Shown in pieces: positions 27,824 through 39,062 of a stretch of DNA of 64,000 bases (position 1 is its first letter; each line of letters starts with the position of its first letter). The notes beneath the pieces were generated by a model that saw only the letters and a program-made list of their open reading frames with translations, searched no databases and was not told where the DNA came from. Made by a program: the position numbers and the translations under genes. The DNA comes from Kudoa neothunni (taxonomy: Eukaryota; Animalia; Cnidaria). The stretch lies in NCBI GenBank assembly GCA_964304625.1, contig OZ199838.1, forward strand, positions 9,327,245 through 9,391,244, given 5' to 3'.

Positions 27824-29631
27824 ATGTCAGATACGTTATCAGCTGAAAATTACTCCACATCTGGTGAAATTAAATATGTATTCATTGTTAGCGGAATGTG
27901 GTCACAGCTTAGATTTGCTATTATAGAATATAGTTTTGACACTCTATATCACAACAATGACCTACAAATTTTTTGCCATAGGGAGATCTAATTCGATTTC
28001 AACTAAATTCGAAGGACAATGCGATGGAGCCTCTATCTACCTTGATTGTGATATGGGCTTCAAAAAAAATAAGTTTATGTTTTTAATTTTAGCGGAAAAA
28101 CGTATCAAAGAACTTGAGAATGAATGTTTAGAAAAGATAATTTCGGAGAATGCTATCAATGACAATGTGTTGTTGAATCATACAGAAATAAATATTTATT
28201 ATACACCGGAATATTTAAGTTTCCAAAAGTATTCTATTAATATTTCCACATACATTCTATTTAATTTCTCTGAATAGACACGTTAAATTCGGCACAAAAA
28301 GTGAAACTAGAAACATTAAAAGATCAAACCGACAAATAACCGTCAACGTGCATCGAATAGACCACTTGGAATACCTTGCTTATTTTGTTACTCGATATGA
28401 ATATGATGTATTTGATAATAGATAAATAATTTGATAAAATAATTATTGGTTTCATAAAACTTTTAGGGCAATATTGTCATGCTCTTTGAAAAATATTCAT
28501 TATTTCTGGGGCATGCAGCGATGATAGACTACTACGATCCCGAGCAAAACTCGAAAAAATTTCGCCAACAACAATACTTGGTAAATGTATACGGAAGAGC
28601 TTTGAATTGTTTAGGATATGACACTATATTTGCAAGACTTTCGCATCACTTACTATATGTATTTAAACTGTTTTCACATTCGTTTGACGTAAATCTACAT
28701 CGATCTAGAATTATACTAAACATCATCCCCAGTTCACACCTGATAACGATTTAATAATTATTGAACATCCTTGTCTGAAATTCAATCAAGTTTTGAACTT
28801 AACCTACAAAGATATTGATTCTATTTGTGTATCTAACACTAACTACTTAACCCACATAAAAAATAAACAATCTCTGGTAATAACATATGTCGGAAGTTAT
28901 TCATTTGATAGATGTATTGATTTGATGAAAAATACGTTACACATTCGAGACAGCAATGATCCATGGAAGGAATTCGCTTTGAGTAACTATAAAAATGTCT
29001 TCAAAGCAACCAATGCCACAGACGTTACCGTAGTTAACTTATTATAACATAAAATTTCACATTTATTTTTTTGATTGATCCAATGCAGATCTTTTCAAAT
29101 GAAAGATATAATGTGTATGTTGACGGTCCTAAGTCATATTATAAAAGAGTTCTAAGAAAATGTTCCCAGCTTAATCGCGAAACAAATGTGGTATTTTTAT
29201 GTTCAATAACTACATACGATTATTTTTCAACAAAGGAATGTCTCAAAAAAATGTATCTAGCCTCGATGTTAATTATTTTATCCAGTTATTCAAATGAATC
29301 GTTAAAATACAAAATTCAGGTATTTTTTCCATGTTAAAGTAACTGTTGTGATTTATAATACGTAGAGTTTACACGGATTTGCGAGCGAAGATTACTTTCA
29401 AATGAAACAGAAAAACTATGATCGCCTCCAAGACATCTCACGGCTTCAACATACTGCATACCTTGAACACTATATTCCTGTGGGAAGTAACTTTACTTAA
29501 TTTGATAAATATTAAAAAATGATTAAGAATATTTGGGAATAACCTTCAGTCTTATAATTTCAGTTGGCTTTCTAACAATAGCTCTTTGGAGACTAAAAGA
29601 CAAACGCGACCTAAGACTTAAACTCAAATAA
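27824..29631 (+). CDS. GDA1/CD39 (NTPDase/ecto-apyrase)-fold membrane protein with degenerate apyrase-conserved regions, about 9 exons and about 470 aa
   Basis: Exons 27824-27877, 27927-28228, 28278-28407, 28467-28658, 28709-29029, 29089-29252, 29286-29319, 29366-29486 and 29528-29631 splice into one open frame (exon 1 least certain). NSKKFRQQQYLVNVYGRALNCLGYD, IIEHPCLKF..LNLTYKDIDSICV and YVGSYSFDRC follow the CD39 register. C-terminal TM LGITFSLIISVGFLTIALW. Confidence 0.72.
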
Positions 29632-31179
29632 TATTATACCGTTGTCACATTCAAAATTGCCTTTTTGGGACGATAATTATTATATTTCATGAGTGTTATA
29701 ATTTGGTAAATTTGTTGTTCGTTTTTTGATTCGGCTGTATAATTTAAAAAATACTCTAATATTATTAAAAAAATAAATTTAAAAATTTATTCGGATTATT
29801 CTTCACGTTTACAAATAACCTGATTCCAGTAAATTAGCCTCTCCTAAAGATTTGATAGAATTTTATTCGCGAAGCGAAAATTTGTCCATACACTTTTTAT
29901 ATTCAGTAGGGTCGAATTTAGTAAGGTTTTTGGAATAAATGTTTATTACGGATTCAAAATTTAAACAATAAAAAGTGATAAATATCATTATTTCTAAACA
30001 GAGTATTTAACTGATAAATTATTTTCGGTTGAAGATATCATGGAAGATTAGGTCCTGCCGATTGTATTTTTTTGGTTCAAAATTTATTGTTATTAATTTT
30101 GAATTTCGAGCTATTTTAAACTCGAAGAATTACTCAGTACCTTTTATAACCATTGTCAATCTATTTTGTCATGATTCCAGAAACATGGCATAACTGAATA
30201 TTTATCCATGAACAAAAATTTTTAATTATGCGTCAAACGGTTAACTTGTTTAACATTCATTCCGCTTAAAAATTTAGAAATTTAATATTGAAAATATTAT
30301 TAAAATCATGATTATTTAATGTTACTAAAAGAATTTTCTCCCATATTTTAAGTCAAATTTTTACAAACATTATATTTAACATCTAATTCTTGAACTCTTA
30401 CAAGAGAATATGGGTGAAGTTGTATTTTATTTCAACTTGGATGAGATTTTAACTTACATTTTCATGCTACGTTTAAATATTGCTATTTAATGTGACAATA
30501 TCTATGTAGATTTAAGAAAATAAATTCGAAAATCTTTCAGCATAAATTCCAAATATGATCATGATTAAATCAAATCACTAGTGAATGCACTGAATATCGT
30601 TCATATTATGACCTGTATTATCTGGACCTTATAATGAAATTATAATTAAAATAAAGAAATTTTGAAATTTTTTTATATGATATAGGATAAACGCCCAATA
30701 ATATAATAATTTTGTTTAATTTACTAACACCAGATTATTTAAAAAGAATTGCCACTTGAGTTATTACTATTCTATATATCATATTGAATAATACTTTTAT
30801 ATAACGTTATTGTAGTATACTTTAATTATATTAGATAAAAATATAAATGTATTTGTATAATCAGTGTTCTTAGATTCATACATCAAGTCACGTTTATGCC
30901 ATAAATCAACACTACGCAATAATATAGAGAAATTAAAGAGTTCAATTTACTCCTTGCACAATAGATTTACATAGGCAGCCATCATATTCCTCTTATCTGA
31001 TCGTATCGGTTGATAATAATAATTAGTGATGACTATATTTGCGACAGATACTCCACATGTTTCAGGATTAGTTGTATCGAATTTTTGGAAAAATATCATG
31101 TAATTTTACTCCATTCAATATTTTTAATTCTAACGGCGAAAAAAGTTGCGATTAATACGTATAATTTTCACATTATTAA

Positions 31180-31395
31180 TCCTCTTATTAATTTGGGATA
31201 AATTTTTACCCCAACGAGAAGTTTTGGTTTTATACGTGATTTGTTTGTTATTCATAGGATACGAGTTTTTTTTTCTAATCTTCCAGAGCAGTAAGTAATA
31301 TATGATTCTAAAATATTATGAGTAAAAATATAAACTCAGAACAATTATAACAAGTTTACGCTCCAATGAATTTTTGGGGTAAAAAGTTATCCCAA
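31180..31395. repeat. End of the same TTAA MITE family as 22266-23442, with a 22-bp inverted repeat pair
   Basis: TTAATCCTCTTATTAATTTGGGATAAATTTTTACCCC resembles the reverse complement of 23412-23446. TTGGGATAAATTTTTACCCCAA and TTGGGGTAAAAAGTTATCCCAA are inverted copies with 1 mismatch. Confidence 0.55.
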
Positions 31396-32501
31396 AATTT
31401 TCTCACGTCAATTGACAGATAAAATAATAATTATTACATGAATCAAATTTTAGGTTTATCTGCTGGTTGAATTTGAAGTTATATGATTATTACCTATACT
31501 AATGATCGCGTGACTTCTTTTTTTATTTTAACTTTGCGATAATTGAGATGGATTTCATCGATAGTAATTAAAATGATGAATAAAATTCTTTTAAAGTAAT
31601 TATGAATACTTTACAAATGAAATGTCGTAAGAATCTGACGTGAATGAAAATTTTGAGAATTCGGGTCAATCCATAATCGGTAGTGACGATCTATGGTGGT
31701 GTTTTTCCATTTAATGGTCTTATCATTTATAAATGCGTTTTCAATATAGAAAAAAACTTGTGAGATAATATGGTTATGAGAAAGTTTTTGAATATATGGC
31801 AAAATTACTACAGTCGAATCCCGTTTATCCGAATGATTTTTTAAAATTTGATTGAAAATGATGTAGATTCCAAATAAAAAAATTTAGTTTAACCGAAACT
31901 TCAGCAACCGCAATCCGAAACAACTTTTTGCTGAAATTTTCGGATAAAAATACCTTCAAGTCTGGATTAGTGCCTGGTTAAAATGACACTTACATTTATT
32001 TTGTTGATACATATGTTAGTTATTTATTCAATTTAAGTTTATGCTTGATTAATAGAAATAGCGTAACGTAGATAATATAGTATTTTATGTTCAAAATACA
32101 ACCATGTTCATGATAAACGAGTAAATGTTGGGTAAAGACAAACGCTCTTACATCTTTACGTGAGTAATAAAATATAAAAATGGAATTCATTGGATTGTTT
32201 AATCATAAACTAGTAGTGACTTCATAAGACAAATGTATCCATGGAATTGACTCGATTCAACAATGTTCACACATCAGTTTTTTCCCATAACATCCCCACG
32301 TTTAAGTCTTACTGAGTCTCAATAATCATTAATCAATATTAAATTGTTGGAATATGACATATTTTAATTAATGAGGAAATTCTAAATATCGTTATGAAGA
32401 ATTCTGGGAAAATACTCCTCATCGTTACTTTTTTATTCTTACCATCATTAGTAGTACAACTCACAATATCTAAATAGGGAAGAAATTATAACTAAATTTA
32501 A

Positions 32502-34008
32502 GGCTAAAGTACGTTACACGGTATAAAGACACTTCCCGGAATCTGTCTCGACACATCGGATCTAAAGAAAAAGCCGTGGACAGATAGCACATAGGTGTGA
32601 CACTCGGACTCAGAACCTTGAGATAATGCGTTCGAATCTGCCGGTGGTCAAACTATTGCTTCCGTGCCAGTGGGTCTCCATCCCATATTTGGGAGCTGTG
32701 GTTAACGTGTACGCTCGCTGTGGAGTGGGATGTACTGGCAGCCAGATTTGCGTGAATAGGAGTTTGAATCTCCGGAACCCATCGAAAGGCAAAGTGATTT
32801 GCAGTTCCCGCAGAGCCAACGTCCTTAAAGGGATAGGGTTAGGGGTGGTGGTCGCCCTGAGACGAGGATGTTTAGTGGGTTAATGTCCCACACTACCGCA
32901 TAAAGACAGGCGACGGGGTTTCATGTTACGTCCTGCGGTGCCTAAAGCGTTAATGGAAGAGGTCTGACCAACCAGAATTCCACAACCTAATAAGTTGCGC
33001 CAGGGGTTTTACCTTGTAAACAAAAAAAACCTAAAGTAAAACGCCAAAAATAAGACAATTTAAATGGACTTCATTAATTACTATAAAGAAAGTTGATAAA
33101 ATATCTTAAGAGGAAATTTTGTTCGAAATAATTATTTACAAAATTAGAGGGGAAAAATTCCGATTTTGTATTGGTGACGCATCTGAATTCGCGTGTGGTT
33201 GCGTCTTAAATGGCCTCTTTTCGATTTATATGCGCACATATGACAGACTTAAACATGATACTACGTTTCGTGCAGCTGCTAGCATTAAATATGTGGGTTA
33301 AATTATGATAAGAAGGCCATTTGTCCGCCCACGGAGTTAATCTCTACTACAATTGTGAGTTATTATTTCTTCAAGAATGACTCGGATGCGTTTCTCAGCA
33401 AGTACATGGAAAAAGTTGGCACTAAAAGTAATCCCGACCATTATCCTAATATTCTGGTTTATGAGGACCCTCCCACGATGAAATTTTCGTTTACAAACTT
33501 GAGATTCGTTTATTTTCTCAATCACATCAGCATCAGCAATAGGGAGCCGTTAATAATGAAATATTCCACGTAAATTTCTCATATGTAGTTTTTCCATCCA
33601 CATATGATTTCTTGTGACGATATTTTTGTTTGTTTCATTAATATGCCATTAATTTCAAATACATCATGAAAAATATTTTCCATAATGACATTTTGGCACC
33701 ATAAAAAAGGATCATATCTTAATTTAAACCCGTTTCTTCCGTTGATAAGATCAAAACACACGGTCATTCATTATGCTAAATTGTTTCAATGCCATAACTT
33801 GGTGACATTGGTCATAATCCTTCGTTTTAGGAATCAACTCAACATGCTGTAAATTCAATAATTTATTTATTACAATTTTTAAACTTAAAAACATCTTCTA
33901 GAAACCAATCGCCAATGAATAAGGAAGTCAAATTCATATTTCCGGTCAATTCGCGAACACTTCCGACAGACGCCAAAAAGTGTACTTATACCGTACCGTA
34001 CTCTAGCC
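32502..34008 (-). mobile_element. Merlin/IS1595-like DNA transposon remnant
   Basis: TIRs GGCTAAAGTACGTTACACGGTATAAAGACACTT and AAGTGTACTTATACCGTACCGTACTCTAGCC. Transposase remnant INESQVCKRKFHRGRV...AEKR. Confidence 0.78.
32573..33030 (+). mobile_element. tRNA-derived SINE, about 460 bp
   Basis: GC-rich island with A-box TAGCACATAGG (32585) and B-box GTTCGAATC (32630), an A-rich tail, and TSD CTAAAGAAAAA / CTAAAGTAAAA. Confidence 0.78.
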
Positions 34009-34479
34009 CAAACAAACATTGAATAATGAAAAATAAAGTTTGTGGTCAACCTACAATTTTTCCTCGTAGCACATGCGCATTTAGCGAACTTCGTTTAACA
34101 GGAATTTCAGTATCCGAAAGGAAAATCCTAGGTCCCAACATTTACGGATAAATGGGGGTCGACGGTATGTCTTTCCATTAATAGAAAAAACAACCTTGAA
34201 GTCCAAAATCCTGAGAAATCAATCTTATCTATACTGTTATAACTCAGAACACCAAATAAACTAACAATATTTTTAAGGTCTGAATTTTTTTACGGAAAAT
34301 TGATAGAAAACTCGGCACTGGTGGCGGAGTGTGGATCCCAGATTAAAGGGATTAAAAGATTACGCAGCTTTTTAATCTTTAAAAGTGAGTTTCAACTTGA
34401 TTTCATTAATAACATCATCAGATCAGACTAATATTGAATTTTTGAGAAATTAAAATATTTTAAGAACGAATCAGCCATC

Positions 34480-35760
34480 GCGAAAAAGTTATGGGAGACC
34501 AATGAGCATTATAAAATACCGTAACTCCAAAATATACAGAAATCCTTCACACAGAAAGAACAAAATTTCTCCAAAGAAGAAAATATTTCTTGTGAATTAA
34601 AACGTGAGTTTTCAAAAATATATCAATATTTTTTAATCTTGGAGTACCTAACGACCAAATTTTAAAGCTGTCGAAAGGTTTTCGTTGAACGAAAAATCCA
34701 TTATCCAATTTTGCCAACTTTTCAACGATGTCTGTTCATATATTTTGAAAAAATGACAATATGATTGATGGACGGGAGCATATTATTAAAATTTATGAGT
34801 CTGATGGCAAACGCAAAACATGGAGTTTGGTAGGTTACTAAAACGAAGATGGGTTTTTGGAGGGTACGGTGTAAACGGAAAAAGAGGTTATTTGTTTTAC
34901 TGGATGATAGAATTGAGTATACTCTTCTATATAACGTAGGAATGTTTATAAAACCGGGAAGTATAATCCATTCTGACAAATGGCCATCAAATAAACTAAT
35001 TCGAGAAATTCCTGTGGATTCTCCAAATAAACATGAAACCGTAAACCACTTTTAAAATTTTAAAGCTCTCATAACTGGTATTCATAAAAATTACGTTGTT
35101 TTAAAAATGCTAAGACATTTATAATAAAATACAATTCAAACGGGAAGGAATGGATGACTAGGGAAACATTTAACAAATATCTTTCTAATTTCGACAATAT
35201 ATTCACACGAAGTACAAGGGAGTTTACTACTTCTTAATAATGCCGTTTGCCACGCCGAAATTCATTCGTCCAATATCTCTTTTATATTCCTTACAATAAA
35301 TTCAACTAACATTTTGCAAGTATTAGACCATGAAATCAGTTTCTCATTCAAATGAAATTACAAAAATAATTTAATAGAAAGCCATATTGTTGCAGTTAGC
35401 AGTGATATAAATAAATCCTCCCAAGATTCGCTTAAAACATTGTTCCTAATCAACAAATCATGAGGCGGTATATCAAAGGATATTGTGATTGTTTCAGAAA
35501 ATATAGGTTTCCTGTAGTCAATGAATGCGAGCGTTCATCAAAAATTAATTTGTGCAATAAAGAATTCTTATTTGGTAATTTAGAGATTATTCAAGAGGAA
35601 GTCATTATGCCTACATCAAAACACTTTGACGAGCTTGCTTCTTTTATTGTTGAATCTGCCAATTTTGAAATTGAAGATGAGCGAGTGGTAAAATTTATAT
35701 CATCAAAAGATTCATTCAAATGTTTAAATGTGCAGATGAAATATACGACAGAGAGGAACT
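34480..35760 (+). mobile_element. Decayed pogo/Tigger DDE transposase interrupted by a Merlin/IS1595 fragment (about 34840-35090)
   Basis: GKEWMTRETF, LLLNNAVCH and STNILQVLDHEI are DDE_1-like. IKPGSIIHSDKW...HETVNH is ISXO2/Merlin-like. Confidence 0.7.
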
Positions 35761-35949
35761 GATTATCTGAACGAAATAATGAATTAAGATCATAAAATTA
35801 CGACACACATTTAAAAACATAATTACAAATAACATATTGGTTCAATATATAGAGATATTTGTATGAATGAAATTAATTTCTTTAATTGTTTGGAAAAATG
35901 TAGTCGATGGCAAACAATCGTTAACACTATTTGATACTGACTGGTGAAT

Positions 35950-38409
35950 CTCGTAAACGATTTTAGACCAGAAACTTTCTGTTTTAATCTTTAATTGACT
36001 TCTAGATTCAAATGGAATAATTCCAAATATATCTTTTATCCAATCAGCAATATTTGAAATAGAGCCATTTTCTTCAGCTCATCTATTAAAATATTTAATG
36101 GACAATGAGATATATTGTAATTATCTGAATCAATTTTTATTATTGAGTTTATTTTTTGTTCTGTTTCATAACTTTTAGTTTCTTTTAAGAAACTGGTGAT
36201 TGCAGAATAGTGATCTTTTATGTGTTTTAAACAGTTAAAGAAACTACACCATGGTATGTCCAAAATACGAGGAATTTCCTTCTTTGTTTGAAAGTTATTT
36301 TAAGGAGAACCCAAAACCTCCTTTTATAATTACTATTTTTTGATAAAAAGGCGGAAAACCTTTTTATATCGGAAAAGTATTCATTTGTAGCTTTTTGACC
36401 TGCCAAATGAATAATGTGTGAAAAACATGGATTTCTAATGATAGCTGTATACATGACCCTCTAATTCTTAAAATACTTGTTCATGTACTGTACTGAGTCA
36501 GAAACAATCGCAATGCATTTATCCCATTTTAAGTCGTACTAATTTGGTACACTAGATATGTGACCAGCTATGATTACGGATTTGCATTTAACAGACCCCG
36601 AAGAATCAAGTATTATAACTCCTCGTTTACCGGTAAAACAAAAATGAAAAGAAGCTAATGTATTGAAAATCGGCCTATTTTTCGAATCAGGGGACTCACC
36701 AATGATTAAACTAAATCGTTCATCCATCATCACGGATTTAATGTTATCGACACCTTGTAATACAACCGAAAGATGTTTATCAATCAATGTGTCCCCATCT
36801 GGCAAGGAATTCGACACTGGGCAATGCTTAGAAGAGAACCCCCTCAAGTTACTCTTTTTATTAATTGCATCAAATGGAAGACCATCAACAATTACAATCT
36901 TCACCAAATCGATTTCAATATCACTTAATTTCCATCTGTTGAGATTTAGAATATTTTTTAATGGTATTGTTTTAGAAACATTTGACTTTATTGACAAATG
37001 TTTCTGTGAACTGAAATGTTCTTGAATTTTGTTTTGTTTAGGCGGCAACAGAAACTTGCAATATTTACAAGATAAAGAATCGTCCACAGCCTCTAAATCA
37101 ACCCACGACGCTAAATAATCCTTTATATATATAAAAGAGGACTGTCGGTATGTTTGTGTGTGTATGCCCCTAAGTACGCATGTGCGGACAATTTTTTTCT
37201 TATAGAGAGTCATATATAAAATTTTTATAAATTTGTGATATTTACAAAAGTCGTATAATTGTTTTCGGATGACTATAATTTCCAAAAAGTATTTATGAAA
37301 TAGTGATTTTGTCGATTTAAAGTTTGTTTATCGGATTACATAAGTTCAACTATAGGATTAGCGCTTGCTTATTTCGTGGTGATGGTCGGTTAAAATTAAC
37401 TATCTCCCTTATATACTCTATCATATATTAATTGAATGATGCCATCTGTCTTTACGTATAAGATTTGTGCGTTTATTTTATTGTTTGCTCAAATAAATTC
37501 CTTATATGGGGAGTTTTAATGTAATTGACTTGATAAACACATTTTGAAGGCTCTATTAGTGGATTTAGATACGAAAAAATGTCAATATATGCATTATTAT
37601 TGAGTTGGTTATACGTGTTATAATCAGATAGATTGAAGCACTATAACGCAAGTACCGTGTCCGTAGATTTCATTGAAACCGTCCGTTATGTTGAACTTTC
37701 AGTGATTCAATTCAGTGCAGATGGTTGTACGGTTATTTCATCCGATTATTTAAAATATTTGCTAGAAAAAGCGCATTAAGGTTTTTGCGAACAAAACGAT
37801 ATTAATTTTAGCAATATCAATTAATTTTCATACGTTTTCTTCTATCTCCTATTACTTTCTCCATTTTTTATCTCTTTAAAAGATAGTGGTACACACAGTT
37901 ATTGAGCGGGACCAGAATCCGACTTTTAAAAATCCTGCGGCCAAAAAACAACGTTTTAGATAACACTTTAACGGGATTTAAATAATTCGGGAATGAAAAA
38001 AATAGGATGCTGACCTTAACTTATTTAGCGTTGGTGCCGAGCCACGAAATTTCAAATGAACGCCAGGATTGGAACACACCTTCAAAGAAATGAACATAAT
38101 TTAAATTTCATAATTCAAATCGTTAAAGTATATTGTTTAAAAATTTTTAGTTATTTTGCATCTATGGGTTTTAGGCTTTAATATATTTTTCGAATATTGT
38201 TAAGAAACGTATCTATGCGAAATCTTCCCTAAACAACGCTGGGCAGTTCCCGCTAGTTAGTAATATCACGTCGCTTCCTACCCATTTTAATTCGATGTTG
38301 ACGTGTTAAAATCGTTTTTTACCGATCAAAAAAAATAAACGTCGAACGATTTTTTAAAATTCGACGGTTTAATCGATCGAAATCGATTTTAGTCGAAACC
38401 CGCAACCCT
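35950..38409 (-). mobile_element. hAT transposon 5' part (ATG 38285), split by a Helitron
   Basis: CKYC...H....KH zinc-finger-like motif, FSLIIGESPD, VSDSVQYM, PCFSHIIHL. Terminus AGGGTTGCGGGTTTCG at about 38408. Confidence 0.75.
37119..38256 (+). mobile_element. Non-autonomous Helitron
   Basis: 5' end A|TCCTTTATATATATAAAAGAGG plus a GT-repeat. 3' end is a degenerate hairpin CAACGCTGGG followed by CTAG|T. Removing it restores the hAT reading frame. Confidence 0.85.
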
Positions 38410-39062
38410 TTTTAAGACTGAAAACTGCGCGAGTATGTGAATGTTTTCAAAATCTAGAAACTCCAAGACGGCATTTCTCTTTCATAAACAAATAAATAAA
38501 CAACATTTCGATGAATATTATGGATTTATAAACGTTAATTTTACGCGATTTTATTATCTGATTTGATGTTTTACCCATGCTTTTACCGTACCTGTGATTA
38601 TCGTATATAAATGTGAATGAGGTAAGATCTAATACGCGCTTTAAACAAAATGGCGTCATCAATTTAGGAAAAAACTTGTACACGAGATTCAATTTATAAT
38701 AAAATGAATCTAAAAATAACTAAATAATGGAAAAACATATGAGTATGCGATACTAATACATAAATTAGGTTTGGCGCAATAAGAACCATTTCCTTACTTT
38801 CCATTATATTCGTTGCGTTTAGAAAAATCTCATATATTACTATATTTGAAAAGGGATAAAATGTATGTAATTTGTATAATTTTTTAGATATCTTAAGATT
38901 GTAAACTATAATTATTTATAATTGAGATGTATCAAAATTTATCAGTTCGATGTAGAAATAGTTTTTTATTCATTTAGTTAATTTTCTCGAGTGATAACTC
39001 GCTCTGACTTCCTTTATTAATTGTAATTTGTCGACTCCACTTGTTTGTAGAATTAAACAAAC

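Larger units (their letters stand above)
31811..34165. mobile_element. pogo/Tigger-type MITE (outer shell of a nest)
   Basis: TA-CAGTCGAATCCCGTTTATCCG ... CGGATAAATGGGGGTCGACGG-TA. Confidence 0.8.

Noticed and set aside
32573-32650. Functional tRNA-Leu(CAG) gene
   Set aside because: The acceptor and T stems do not pair properly, and the sequence continues into a SINE body with a tail and TSD.
32795-32850. Twister or pistol ribozyme inside the SINE
   Set aside because: Only superficial word similarity. The required pseudoknot pairings could not be built.
32610-32883. ORFs 32610-32819 and 32626-32883
   Set aside because: Chance ORFs in the GC-rich SINE with no protein motifs.
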